Shown here: one piece after another, positions 30,401 to 39,102 of the stretch
Layout: each line of letters begins with the position of its first letter
How positions within the stretch are numbered: the stretch's first letter is position 1
NCBI GenBank assembly: GCA_964014485.1
Contig: CAXHAT010000009.1
Location: 1 to 64,000, forward strand
DNA: 64,000 bases
Direction: 5' to 3'
From: an uncultured Deferribacteres bacterium
GTDB lineage: Bacteria > Zhuqueibacterota > Zhuqueibacteria > Zhuqueibacterales > Geothermadaptataceae
Translations under genes and position numbers: made by a program
Notes under the pieces: generated by a model
Databases searched by the model: none
The model's input: only the letters and a program-made list of their open reading frames with translations
What the model was told of the DNA's origin: nothing

Positions 30401-30951
30401 CCTTTGTCAGCCGTCAGCCCGACTTGTTCGGTGACTTCCGTAAAAACGCCCTTGCCGTCATTGAAAAAACAGGCGTTCGGGCCGCCCAATGCGTTGACGA
30501 GCAAATCGAGATCGCCGTCGCCGTCCAGATCAGCGAAAGTCGTGCCGGTGGAAAAGCGATCCGGGCAGGCGACGCCGGCTTTTTCCGTGACGTCTTCAAA
30601 TCGCCAGTCGCCGAGGTTTTTGTAGAGTGCGTTTGGGCCGTCCATCCGGCAAAAATAGAGATCGATCAGACCGTCGCCGTCAATATCGCCGGCAGCGACG
30701 CCGGAGCCGCCGAGCAGAAACCGATTTCCGGCAAGCTGCTCTTTTTGAATGCGGTTTTCAAACGCAACGCCGGTTTCGGCTGCCGGGAGAGTCGCGAATC
30801 CTGGTTTGCCGGATTCAGGAACACTCAGTTCCGCCCAGCGAAATCCGTTTTCTTCTTGCCACTTTAGCGCATGGTTGTTTGGAGATAGAAAAAAGCACCC
30901 TCCCCCTAGAACGAAAAAACCAAAGATAACTTTGAGTGTCAGATTTTTCAT
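27403..30951 (-). CDS. FG-GAP/VCBS repeat protein with ASPIC/UnbV domains (CRTAC1-like)
   Basis: Many DxDGDGxxD repeats and two ASPIC-like segments (NTQGVGAKVRV..., NPEAVGAVIRI...IRWP). Confidence 0.9.
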   Translation of the reverse strand: MKNLTLKVIFGFFVLGGGCFFLSPNNHALKWQEENGFRWAELSVPESGKPGFATLPAAETGVAFENRIQKEQLAGNRFLLGGSGVAAGDIDGDGLIDLYFCRMDGPNALYKNLGDWRFEDVTEKAGVACPDRFSTGTTFADLDGDGDLDLLVNALGGPNACFFNDGKGVFTEVTEQVGLTADKGSTSMALADIEGDGDLDIYVTNFKKRSVESLFPPAERAPHLVAQKIGKEYQIAPKFEGHYRVEMVDGQPTLFENPDTDFLYLNNGDGVFEEVSFEEGRFKNEAFEQMTPPKDWGLQPTFRDMDNDGDPDIFVCNDYWSPDRIWINDGDGRFHAIPKNAIRHTSRFTMAVDFSDINRDGHEDFYLIDMLARNHERRMQQMSPAENTPNSGGRPQLKRNTLFLNRGDQTYAEIGQYSGVEASEWTWTARFLDVDLDGYEDILTTNGQLHDFEDVDTNNRVQQLSAFGYDYRRLTTLYPDYLTPNVAFRNKRDLTFEDVSAEWGFTEPDVAWGLALADFDNDGDLDLATNRLDMSAGIYRNESPASRIAVRLRGADGNTQGVGAKVRVVGGPVVQQKEVIVGGTYLSGSDPLLVFAAGESDSLTIEVTWRNGKTSLVPRAQPNRIYEIFDSGAVEAKHSGDAATTTPFFVEERRFDLDAPDENDENEFRKQPLLPKQISNPGTSAAWLDLDGDSNVDLIFGRGGRGAPIVFRNRGQSVFSAPSKTASSKDFYHNLAAQTHKFFKGEEQARVVVFADYDGDGDLDVFVGGGAVSGRYPESEPSFFLKNANGVLKTDEENLGAGENFGLVTSAVFSDMDDDGDPDLILAVEWGAIRILQNQDGKFIETTEKWGMENYTGMWQGVTTGDLNADGKPDIIAANWGVNTAYKANPEHPRYLFYGDFDSNGVFDLIEAHTDSATGKVVPDGSFTELTRAIPIVGSRMRNNQNYAASSVEEILGSVYKRAKRLSVNTAASMVFLNRGDHFEAVAMPPEAQFTVANAANVADFDGDGHDDVFLSQNLLSTRRESDRQDGGRGLWLRGDGTGGLEAVSGQTSGIKIYGEQNGAALGDFNADGRVDLIVAQKNAPAVLYRNTLAKQGIRVKLNGIAGNPEAVGAVIRIIYQNGDMGPAREIQAAAGRLSRGAFVQLLGLRSQPKTLWIRWPNGKIQETPIANDAKEIVVGMQ

Positions 30952-30997
30952 TAAAATACAAGTACGTCTTATCGATGCTGTCAAAAAACTTTGAGAC

Positions 30998-31088
30998 TGT
31001 CATACTGTAAGCATCTTTTTTGATCTAACCCTTGAACTTTTGAGCGTATTCCGTGGCGGGCGATAACAAAGATTCCTTCAGAATGACA
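30998..31088. repeat. Family-Z hairpin core with no obvious outer TIR
   Basis: TGTCATACTGTAAGCATCTTTTTTGATCTAACCCTTGAAC...AACAAAGATTC...GAATGACA matches the reverse complement of 22321-22410. Confidence 0.8.
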
Positions 31089-31111
31089 TGCCATGAGAAT
31101 TTAAGCTCTTG

Positions 31112-32488
31112 TTATTTATACCGCTTACCATGCTTGATCACAATATCGACGTCTTGCAATAAGCTTATCCAACGCAGGACGTCGCCGCGAACGGCGATAA
31201 TGTCGGCGTATTTACCCTCGCTGATCGTGCCGACTTCGTTTTCCACGCCCATCATTTTGGCGGGCCAGTAGGTTGCGGCGCGAATGGCGTACATAGGATC
31301 GAGACCGAACTCATTGACCCAAACGTCCAATTCGTTCCAGGTTGATTGGCTGTGAAATTTCATTGGAATGCCGCTGTCCGTGCCGATCAAAACGGTGACG
31401 CCGGACTCGATGAGTTGTTTGACCTTACGCTCCAGCGTCGGGCGGCGGCTGGGCGTGAGCTGAAAATAAGGCAGGCGGTCGGGATGTTGGAATGACTGGT
31501 AAATATCATCGATGACTGAATCGGGCAGACCAACTTTCCAGGACGGATCGTCGAGTTTTTCCGCATTGTCGCGTACATATTCATAGTTGTAGAGTCCTTC
31601 AACCGTCGGCGTCCAGAAAAGCGGGCCTTTGTTCATTTGCGCGGTGCGCTCGCGGATCATCTCAATCACGTCCGGCGGATATTCCGGGGCGGTGGAAAGT
31701 CCTGTGTGCTCGAAACAATCCACGCCTGCGATGAGCCCGCGCCGAATTTCTTCGGGACGATGTGAATGCGCGACCACGGTCAAATTGTGCTTGTGCGCTT
31801 CGTCAACCACGGCGATGACTTCTTCCATCGTCATCTGATCCTGATCGATCAATTTAATGCAATCGACTCCGGCTTCGGCCAATTTACGCACTTTTTCGCG
31901 CGCGTCCTTTTCGCCGCTCACGCCCCAGCGGAATTGCTCAGTTCCAGGATAAGGTTTGTGTTGAATAAACGGGCCGGAAACGTAGATCGTCGGGCCGGGG
32001 ATTTCGCCGGAATTGATCGCGTCACGTACGGCGACGCTTTCTTCCAACGGGCCGCCCAGATCGCGCGCACTGGTGACGCCCGCCAGCAAAAGTTGCTTCG
32101 CGGAAGCGGGCATGATGACGTCTTTAAAAAGCGGCGGATATTTTTCGTCCCAATGGCCATAGTCTGCATGGCCGTTGATCATGAGATGGACGTGCATGTC
32201 CCAAAGACCGGGCAAGACGCTCATGCCCTCGGTCGAAATAATCTCGGCATTTTCGGGAATTTCAATATCGCCGATTTCCCCTACTGCTTGAATCCGTTCG
32301 CCTTCGATAATAATCACGCTATTCCGAATCGGATCGCTGCCAAAACCGTCGATGAGCGTTCCGCCGACCAGCGCTTTTGTTTGTCCGGAAAGCTCAGCGT
32401 TTGAAAGGACGACGGTAAAAATCAAAAAAAAGGCCGGGGCGGAGAAAAACGTTTTCAGGCGGGTTAAAGGTTGCGATAACATTATCAT
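31112..32488 (-). CDS. Metal-dependent amidohydrolase family protein
   Basis: PGLWDMHVH, AGVTSARD, VAH, EH, GTDSG, GTISEGKYAD. Confidence 0.9.
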   Translation of the reverse strand: MIMLSQPLTRLKTFFSAPAFFLIFTVVLSNAELSGQTKALVGGTLIDGFGSDPIRNSVIIIEGERIQAVGEIGDIEIPENAEIISTEGMSVLPGLWDMHVHLMINGHADYGHWDEKYPPLFKDVIMPASAKQLLLAGVTSARDLGGPLEESVAVRDAINSGEIPGPTIYVSGPFIQHKPYPGTEQFRWGVSGEKDAREKVRKLAEAGVDCIKLIDQDQMTMEEVIAVVDEAHKHNLTVVAHSHRPEEIRRGLIAGVDCFEHTGLSTAPEYPPDVIEMIRERTAQMNKGPLFWTPTVEGLYNYEYVRDNAEKLDDPSWKVGLPDSVIDDIYQSFQHPDRLPYFQLTPSRRPTLERKVKQLIESGVTVLIGTDSGIPMKFHSQSTWNELDVWVNEFGLDPMYAIRAATYWPAKMMGVENEVGTISEGKYADIIAVRGDVLRWISLLQDVDIVIKHGKRYK

Positions 32489-32603
32489 TCAGACTTCCAC
32501 AAGTGTTGAGTTTCGTTTGAAAACACGCGAACATTTGCTTGGCAAGAAACGCCGTTTGCAGTTTAACGAAGAATGCAAGCCGTTATCAAACAAAAAACAA
32601 CTA

Positions 32604-32751
32604 GCCTTCTGAGACGCCCTTTTCGAAGTGCGACGATTCATCGTCGCCAGTGACGGCAAGTCACACTCAAACGCTTCAGCGTTTGACTCCGGGGCAACTC
32701 TCTTCGCAAGACCGCGAGTGCAGTTGGCGAGCTGAATAACTCAGAATGTCC
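32604..32751 (-). repeat. Family X repeat, reverse orientation
   Basis: Reverse complement contains CCCCGGAGTCAAACGCTGAAGCGTTTG...GCGACGATGAATCGTCGCACTTCGAAAAG. Confidence 0.8.
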
Positions 32752-32772
32752 CGAACGACTTTCCGGGAAATT

Positions 32773-34578
32773 CTAATCTGATTTTACAGGACTTTCAACT
32801 ATGGCGGGCGTGATGACGGGCAGCATTATGACTGACGGATTCTCAGGCGAGTAGTGCAATTTAACCGTTGTCGGCGCCGGCTTCGAAGAGCTGGCACTGC
32901 TTTCGACCAATTTACAGAGAATTGTAGCGCGGATTCTGGTTCCCGCTTGAAAAACCGCTGAAAACGGATAGAGCGCGAACTCCAATCGAGTCGGCTCGTC
33001 GGTGACAAGCGGCGCAGTATCTTCTTCAAAGCTTCTGCGCCAGGGCGCGCCGAGGACGTTGTGGCGCGGTTTGGATTGTTTTCGGTGGGAAGCGACAAGT
33101 TTCCCTGAGCTCAGGCTGCGAACCGCGCCAGACGCTTCAACTTCTTCCAGTTTGACGCAAAAAGCCAAATCCGGCGAGTCCGCGCTAATCTCGAAGGAAA
33201 CAACGGGGTGACCGGTTACTTTTATTTCATCAGCGAAAGGCTCGGACGTGTGGACGAACGCTGTTTGCCATTTTTCACGGCTGGTGACAGCAAAAGAAGC
33301 CGGGGCTTGTTCTGGAAGATTACTCAATTGCGGCGAGAGTAATTCGTCTGCATGAAAAACAAATTCGACCGGTTCCGAATTTTCAGGCGGCCAGGTTGCT
33401 GATCTCTCCCAGGCCCATTCTTTCGATGAAAGCCGGGTTGCGTAGACAATTTCAGAAAAAGGCTGATCGCTTGTCTTTTCGTCCTGCATCCAACGGCCAA
33501 ACCATTGAACTTGTTCTTCCTGTAAAATTTGCTTCCGCTCATTTCGCGCCTTTCCTCCGAAAATCGCCGGGAAGATAAGTGCGCGTCCTAGCGTATCTAA
33601 ATTGGCGAACCAGAGCAGCGCATTGTTTGCAGACGCCGTTCCCCATCGGGCGCACAAGAATACCGGCGTCCCGGCGTCAACAATATCATCCGCCTGCCGC
33701 ATCGGGTTATTTCTATGGTAGATCACCTGTTTTTCAGAGCTGTCTCGGAATGGCAGCAACGGCAGAATCGAGTCTGCGCGCCAATTTCCGGTGCGCATCT
33801 TCAGCGCCTGATCCAACAAATTCCTCTCGGGGTCTTCATCCACCGGCGTGAAAATCTCCGGCGCAGATACGCCGCCGGTCAACCTGATCATTTTTTTCGC
33901 GGCAATCGGATCATAATCGCCGCCGGGATAAAAATTTTCATAGCTGTCAAAAATCGGCGCGATTGAAAATACGGTTTTCAAAGCGGGCGGCGCTTCACCC
34001 GCGGCCATGAGTGAGGCGGTTGCTTCGTAATTCCGCCCAATCATCGCCACCTTGCCGTTGCACCAGGACTGCGAAGCCAGCCATTCGGTAATTTCATATG
34101 CGTCGCGCGTTTCGTCTTTTGAAAACGGCGCGTCGAAAACGCCGAATGAAGCGCCCGAGCCGCGCGCTTCAACGAGAACAACAATGTATCCTTCCAAAAC
34201 CAGGGCGCGCAAATCGGAACGAAATTCGATCATCGAACGCACGGCGTCGTCCTCTTTTAGAGCGCGCGGCATTCGCGTATGCACCCACAGAACCGGAAAT
34301 TTACCGGCTGCGACCGTTCCGCTTTGGGCCGGACGGATCACGTCCATTGCGAGCTTAACCCCGTCGCGCATACTCAAATAACGGGACGAGCGCGTCCACG
34401 AATCAAAACGATTGCTTTTCGTGCTGTCGCCGGATTCCGCAAAGATAATTTCGCGCTCAACCGTGAGCGACGCGCTGTCTTCCAAAACGCGCTTGCAAGT
34501 TGCGGTCGTACAAAAAATGATGAAAATAAAAATTGCCTGGCTGCGGAACGTCCACTTTCCGCTTCTTCCCTTAACCAC
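32773..34578 (-). CDS. CocE/NonD-family protein lacking catalytic residues
   Basis: MRDGVKLA.D, RGSGASFG, DAYEITEWLASQSWCNGKV and a PepX_C-like C-terminus; nucleophile elbow reads GRNYE. Confidence 0.85.
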   Translation of the reverse strand: MVKGRSGKWTFRSQAIFIFIIFCTTATCKRVLEDSASLTVEREIIFAESGDSTKSNRFDSWTRSSRYLSMRDGVKLAMDVIRPAQSGTVAAGKFPVLWVHTRMPRALKEDDAVRSMIEFRSDLRALVLEGYIVVLVEARGSGASFGVFDAPFSKDETRDAYEITEWLASQSWCNGKVAMIGRNYEATASLMAAGEAPPALKTVFSIAPIFDSYENFYPGGDYDPIAAKKMIRLTGGVSAPEIFTPVDEDPERNLLDQALKMRTGNWRADSILPLLPFRDSSEKQVIYHRNNPMRQADDIVDAGTPVFLCARWGTASANNALLWFANLDTLGRALIFPAIFGGKARNERKQILQEEQVQWFGRWMQDEKTSDQPFSEIVYATRLSSKEWAWERSATWPPENSEPVEFVFHADELLSPQLSNLPEQAPASFAVTSREKWQTAFVHTSEPFADEIKVTGHPVVSFEISADSPDLAFCVKLEEVEASGAVRSLSSGKLVASHRKQSKPRHNVLGAPWRRSFEEDTAPLVTDEPTRLEFALYPFSAVFQAGTRIRATILCKLVESSASSSKPAPTTVKLHYSPENPSVIMLPVITPAIVESPVKSD

Positions 34579-34743
34579 AATGCGCCACTCCTTCTAACCC
34601 TCTCAAAAAGCGATCTCTACCGCAAGATTTCTCGAAATATTTGTCGGTTTCATTTTGTTGCTTTTCATTCAATACCTGCCAACGGCGGCAGGTGGCAACG
34701 AATTGCTTGCTAAACGACCGTTCTTTCGCCAAATATAGTTTAA

Positions 34744-34985
34744 CTGATGTTACGTGCGACAACGCACATCCTGAGTCTTGGGGCAAACATCGTCTCATTA
34801 GCGCCGGGCTTCAGCCCGGTGAAGCGCAAAACGCCCATTTTCTCTCTTCCGCCGCGCAAGCGCGGCGGAAGAGAGAAAGAAAAAATTCTTTAAAACCCTC
34901 CGCTCTGAAGAGCGGAGCTAATGAGAATCAAAAATCGCCCGCAGGCTTTGATGGCGCGTGCTAAACGATACGAGCGTAACATCAG
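34744..34985. mobile_element. Nested palindromic element, family W copy 1
   Basis: CTGATGTTACG / CGTAACATCAG ends; inner TCTCATTAGC...GCTAATGAGA; three internal hairpins. Confidence 0.85.
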
Positions 34986-35023
34986 GTTTTAAGTGTGATT
35001 CAAAATGGAGCGATAAGCAGAAA

Positions 35024-35338
35024 ATGGCGAAAATGAAAAAGTTCAAAGTGCTTTCATTTGCAAAATTCCAAGCCGTTGTCTTGGCGATAGTCGGTTTGTT
35101 CGCCGGGATTTTGTATTCATTTGGCGGCGCGATCTACGACCTGCTCGTGAGCGCGGGGGTTTTAAGCAGCACCTCAACGTCGGGACTAAGCTATGGTACG
35201 GCGCTCGCATTTTTGGCGCTTTTCGGAATGCCAGTCATATTTGCCGCCTTTGGATTCATGGCAGGGCTCGTGGAAGCCGTTCTGTACAACATTTTTGCAA
35301 AATGGTTTGGATGGTTGAAAACAGATTTTATTCAATAA
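35024..35338 (+). CDS. Small membrane protein (about two TM segments) between two W elements
   Basis: Hydrophobic ORF; its TAA stop overlaps the start of W copy 2. Confidence 0.7.
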   Translation: MAKMKKFKVLSFAKFQAVVLAIVGLFAGILYSFGGAIYDLLVSAGVLSSTSTSGLSYGTALAFLALFGMPVIFAAFGFMAGLVEAVLYNIFAKWFGWLKTDFIQ

Positions 35339-35581
35339 CTCATGTTACGCGCGTCAACGCACATCCTGAATCTTGAGGCAAATCTCGTCTCATTAGCGCC
35401 GGGCTTCAGCCCGGTGACGCACAAAACGCCCATTTTCTTCTCCTCCGCCGCGCCGGCGCGGCGAAAGAGAAGGGGCGGTCGCTTTCAAAAGTCTCCGCTC
35501 TGAAGAGCGGAGCTAATGAGAACCAAAAGTTTCCCGCAGGCTTTGATTGCTCGCGCCAAAAAACGCGTACGCAACATCAGT
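35338..35581. mobile_element. Nested palindromic element, family W copy 2 (direct repeat of copy 1)
   Basis: Colinear with 34744-34985 over the whole length, e.g. GTCTCATTAGCGCCGGGCTTCAGCCCGGTGA and CTCCGCTCTGAAGAGCGGAGCTAATGAGAA. Confidence 0.85.
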
Positions 35582-35625
35582 CAATAAACCCGCTTTCATA
35601 GAGAACAGAGTTGGAAGGAGAAAAA

Positions 35626-36282
35626 ATGATAAAAAGGCATTTTCAGATCGCGCTGTGCGGCGTCTTATTGCTCGCATCAGTTTTACAGGCTCAAAACGAG
35701 AATGACAACATGCGCAAACAACGACAACCTGCGGATTCTCCCGAAGAAATTCGCCCGCTCCTCGTGGGACAAATCATTCCTGATCTTGAAGTTAAAAACC
35801 TCGAAAACCAGGCTGTGGCGCTCAGAAAAGCCATCGCGGAGAAACCGACGATTCTGATTTTTTATCGCGGCGGCTGGTGCCCCTATTGCAATCGTCATCT
35901 GGGACAAGTTGCTGAAGTTGAGGAAGAACTTTTGAAAATGGGGTATCAAATCATTGCGCTCAGCCCCGACCGCCCGGAAAAGTTGGCCAAGACCGTTGAC
36001 AAAAACAGCCTGAGCTACCAACTGCTTTCAGACAGCAAAATGACCGTTTCAACGGCCTTTGGGCTCAGCTTTAAAATGCCGGACAAAGCCGTTGCGCGCT
36101 ACAAAAAAATAGGCATCGATCTCGAAGCGTCTTCAGGCGAAGACCATCATTTATTGCCTGTTCCCGCCGCGTTTGTCCTCGGAACTGACGGCATGATTCA
36201 TTTTTCGTACGTCAACCCAAACTACAAAGTGCGCATTAACGGCGACGTATTGCTTGCCGCGGCGAAAGCGGCGTTGGAATAA
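35626..36282 (+). CDS. Peroxiredoxin-like AhpC/TSA family protein, exported
   Basis: FYRGGWCPYC, LPVPAAFV, signal peptide, AGGAG RBS. Confidence 0.9.
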   Translation: MIKRHFQIALCGVLLLASVLQAQNENDNMRKQRQPADSPEEIRPLLVGQIIPDLEVKNLENQAVALRKAIAEKPTILIFYRGGWCPYCNRHLGQVAEVEEELLKMGYQIIALSPDRPEKLAKTVDKNSLSYQLLSDSKMTVSTAFGLSFKMPDKAVARYKKIGIDLEASSGEDHHLLPVPAAFVLGTDGMIHFSYVNPNYKVRINGDVLLAAAKAALE

Positions 36283-36971
36283 TGCCCGGCGCCAGCCAGC
36301 CAGTCTATTCGCAGCAAACGGAAGTGCATGAAAAGCTGGCGGCCATTGTCCAGCGCCACATTAGGCACGATTTTCAAAAGGTCATCGCCCGCCATACATT
36401 GGCTGCTTTTGAAGAGGTCGCCAAAATCGTCGCGAATCAAAATTTGCCCCTGATTTTGGACTCAGGGTGCGGTACGGGTTTAAGCACTTTTCAAATTGCA
36501 AAATCACACCCGGATCATTTTGTCCTGGGCATTGACAAGTCCGGCCACAGATTAGCAAAAACTCCCGACGACGACCGCGAACCTGCCAATTGTTCTTTTG
36601 TCCGCGCAGACCTGATCGATTTTTGGCGACTGGCCGTGCGTGCAAATTGGCGAGTCGCGAAACACTTCCTGCTTTATCCAAATCCCTGGCCGAAAAAAAA
36701 CCACCTTCAACGCAGATTTCACGCTCATCCCGTCTTTCCGGATTTAGTCCGCCTCGGGGAAAAATTTATTCTGCGCAGCAATTGGAATATCTATTTACAA
36801 GAATTTTCAGCGGCGTTTGAGTTGGCGACCAGCTTCAAATCTCAAGTGCGCCAAATTCAGGTTCAAACGCCAATGACGCTTTTTGAAAAAAAATACCACG
36901 ACAGCGGCCACGCGATTTATGAGCTCTTGATTGAGAAAGATGGATCGCTGGAGAAGTTCGGGCTTGCCTGA
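36282..36971 (+). CDS. TrmB-like SAM-dependent methyltransferase
   Basis: LDSGCGTG, GIDKS, LYPNPWPKK.H.QRR, TLFEKKY. Confidence 0.82.
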   Translation: MPGASQPVYSQQTEVHEKLAAIVQRHIRHDFQKVIARHTLAAFEEVAKIVANQNLPLILDSGCGTGLSTFQIAKSHPDHFVLGIDKSGHRLAKTPDDDREPANCSFVRADLIDFWRLAVRANWRVAKHFLLYPNPWPKKNHLQRRFHAHPVFPDLVRLGEKFILRSNWNIYLQEFSAAFELATSFKSQVRQIQVQTPMTLFEKKYHDSGHAIYELLIEKDGSLEKFGLA

Positions 36972-37089
36972 CGCTGCAAAATCCAACCGGCGCCATTTGT
37001 TATTTCCAACTTTGAATCCGTCGTCGCTTTGTTAGTTTTTCGTGATAGTTTTGTGCTTATTCAAGCGTTTACAAAAGAAATCACGATAA

Positions 37090-37230
37090 GTGCGTGTTTG
37101 GAAAGTCTCAAATTGTCATGCTGGAAGCATCTTTTTTATCCTTTTCCGCAAAAGTTGTGGGAACGTTCATACCTGGCGACTTAAAAAGATTCCTACGGAA
37201 TGACAAAACAGGGGCTTTCCAAATACGCTC
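37090..37230. mobile_element. MITE-like element with IS5-like ends, TAA TSD and a family-Z core
   Basis: TAA|GTGCGTGTTTGGAAAG...CTTTCCAAATACGCTC|TAA; core TGTCATGCTGGAAGCATCTTTTT...AAAAAGATTCCTACGGAATGACA. Confidence 0.75.
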
Positions 37231-37259
37231 TAATTTTTAAAACTGGAAAAACTTGAACA

Positions 37260-37505
37260 ATGGCGGATTTTTTTGCTTATGCTTTTTTGGTTTATTTAGG
37301 AATCGGCTTTCTCTTTTCGCTGGCTTTTGTCTTCGCGGGGGCCGGGAAAATCGATCCCGACGCCCAAAAGGGAACAATCGGCTTTCGGCTGCTCATTATT
37401 CCGGGATCAATGGCCCTCTGGCCGGTTTTAGCCAAGCGCTGGTTCTCCGGCCAAAACGTCCCGCCAGTAGAAAAAAACGCACACGACAAAGCGGCAATCA
37501 ATTAA
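37260..37505 (+). CDS. Small membrane protein
   Basis: Two hydrophobic segments, IDPDA..GT.GFRLLIIPG...WP; first gene of a four-gene run. Confidence 0.75.
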   Translation: MADFFAYAFLVYLGIGFLFSLAFVFAGAGKIDPDAQKGTIGFRLLIIPGSMALWPVLAKRWFSGQNVPPVEKNAHDKAAIN

Positions 37506-37520
37506 TTCAAAGGATAAAGC

Positions 37521-38015
37521 GTGGTTCACAACCTCAGAAATCGCCACAGAATGACGTTTATTGTTTTGGCGATCGTTATTCCGGCAGGCTTCGTTGCCTC
37601 AATCGCCGGGCGCAAACCTATTCCCACGGACGACAGGGTTTCACAAATCACTCAGCCCGAGACGACACAGCCATCGCAATTTATCTTCAGCGAAGATGAT
37701 TTGTGGCAAAATCATCCAATTCAAACAAAAGCGTTTTTCACGGACTCCGTTCTGACGCTTGAATTGACGCCGCAAACGTATCTTGCGTATCCCGATCTTC
37801 TGGTTTATTGGCACAGCGGCGCAACGAATTCGGAAGCGTTGCCGCAAAATGCTTACTTACTCGGCGCGCAGAACAACAACGCCGCCAGCCTGTTCACACT
37901 GCCTGCCAACGCCGCAGGCTCGCCGGGAACGCTCGTTCTTTACAGCCTGGCGCAACAACAAGTGATCGACCAAGCCGCGCTGGCGCTCAAACTGAATTCC
38001 GAAGGAGGGTTTTAA
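37521..38015 (+). CDS. Hypothetical membrane-anchored protein
   Basis: N-terminal TM, PDLLVYW, YLLG, LYSLA; stop abuts the next ATG. Confidence 0.7.
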   Translation: MVHNLRNRHRMTFIVLAIVIPAGFVASIAGRKPIPTDDRVSQITQPETTQPSQFIFSEDDLWQNHPIQTKAFFTDSVLTLELTPQTYLAYPDLLVYWHSGATNSEALPQNAYLLGAQNNNAASLFTLPANAAGSPGTLVLYSLAQQQVIDQAALALKLNSEGGF

Positions 38016-39059
38016 ATGGCGCATTCTTATCAAGCCGTCACCTGGACGCGCCAGAAGCGGATTTATGATCTTTCACTGCTTTCGGGTGTGGTTCTTTTTA
38101 TGGCCGTTTTCTTTGTCGTCGGTCTCATTTTTCACCCGGCGATCACGGCTGAAACGCTGATGATTCGCAGCATGGCGGGGGCGTCGTTCGCGCTTCTGCA
38201 CGTCATTCTTTCCATCGGCCCGCTCTGCCGCTTGAATGACCGATTTTTGCCCTTGCTCTATAACCGCCGACATTTGGGCGTGACCATGTTCATTCTCGCT
38301 TTCGGCCATGGCTTTTTATCGATTTTTCAGTTCCACGCGTTGGGAAATGTTAATCCGTTGGTGAGCTTGTTTACCAGCAACGGCGCTTACGGCAGTTTGA
38401 GCGCCTTCCCTTTTCAACCGCTCGGTTTTTTTGCGCTGATCATTTTGTTTTTAATGGCTGCGACGAGTCATGATTTCTGGCTCGTCAACCTCACGCCGCT
38501 GGTCTGGAAGGCGTTGCACATGCTGGTTTACATTGCGTACGGCCTGATCGTCTTGCACGTCGCGTTCGGCGTTTTGCAGTCCGAAACCAGCCCGGTTTAC
38601 ACGATTCTGGTTGGCGCGGGATTTTTGTGGATAGTCGGCTTGCATCTCGTCGCCGGGTTTAAGGAAAAGCCCAAAGATCAAAAACAGGCGCTGTCGCAAA
38701 CTTCCGAATTCGTCGAAGTTTGCAGCGTGGACGAAATTCCCGAAAAGCGGGCTTTTATTGCAACGCTCTCCGGCGAACGCGTTGCGGTTTTCAAGTACGA
38801 CGGCAAAATTTCGGCGGTCTCCAACGTCTGCCGTCACCAGAACGGCCCTTTAGGCGAAGGCCAAATCATTGACGGCCTGATTACCTGTCCCTGGCACGGC
38901 TACCAGTACAAGCCTGACTGCGGCAAGTCGCCGGAACCGTTTACCGAACAAGTCACGACGTTTAACGTCAAAATTCAGAATGGGCGCGTATTGGTTGATC
39001 CAAAGCCGAATCCTGCTGGGACGCAGGTGGAACCGGCAAAAGTGACTGATAAAATGTAG
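38016..39059 (+). CDS. Ferric-reductase-like (MsrQ-type) heme TM domain fused to a Rieske [2Fe-2S] domain
   Basis: YNRRHLGV, WKALHMLVY, LHV histidines; C-terminal CRHQNG...CPWHG. Confidence 0.9.
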   Translation: MAHSYQAVTWTRQKRIYDLSLLSGVVLFMAVFFVVGLIFHPAITAETLMIRSMAGASFALLHVILSIGPLCRLNDRFLPLLYNRRHLGVTMFILAFGHGFLSIFQFHALGNVNPLVSLFTSNGAYGSLSAFPFQPLGFFALIILFLMAATSHDFWLVNLTPLVWKALHMLVYIAYGLIVLHVAFGVLQSETSPVYTILVGAGFLWIVGLHLVAGFKEKPKDQKQALSQTSEFVEVCSVDEIPEKRAFIATLSGERVAVFKYDGKISAVSNVCRHQNGPLGEGQIIDGLITCPWHGYQYKPDCGKSPEPFTEQVTTFNVKIQNGRVLVDPKPNPAGTQVEPAKVTDKM

Positions 39060-39082
39060 CGACGCGATGCATCGCGTCTCTA
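39057..39082. repeat. Stand-alone GTAG-type REP hairpin
   Basis: GTAGCGACGCGATGCATCGCGTCTCTAC overlapping the TAG stop. Confidence 0.65.
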
Positions 39083-39102
39083 CCAAGATGGAGATATTTT
39101 AA

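Noticed and set aside
29764..30867. 367-aa plus-strand ORF, and similar long antisense ORFs at 57896-58708, 2835-3437 and 63120-63725
   Set aside because: They are shadows of well-supported opposite-strand genes and show no recognisable motifs.
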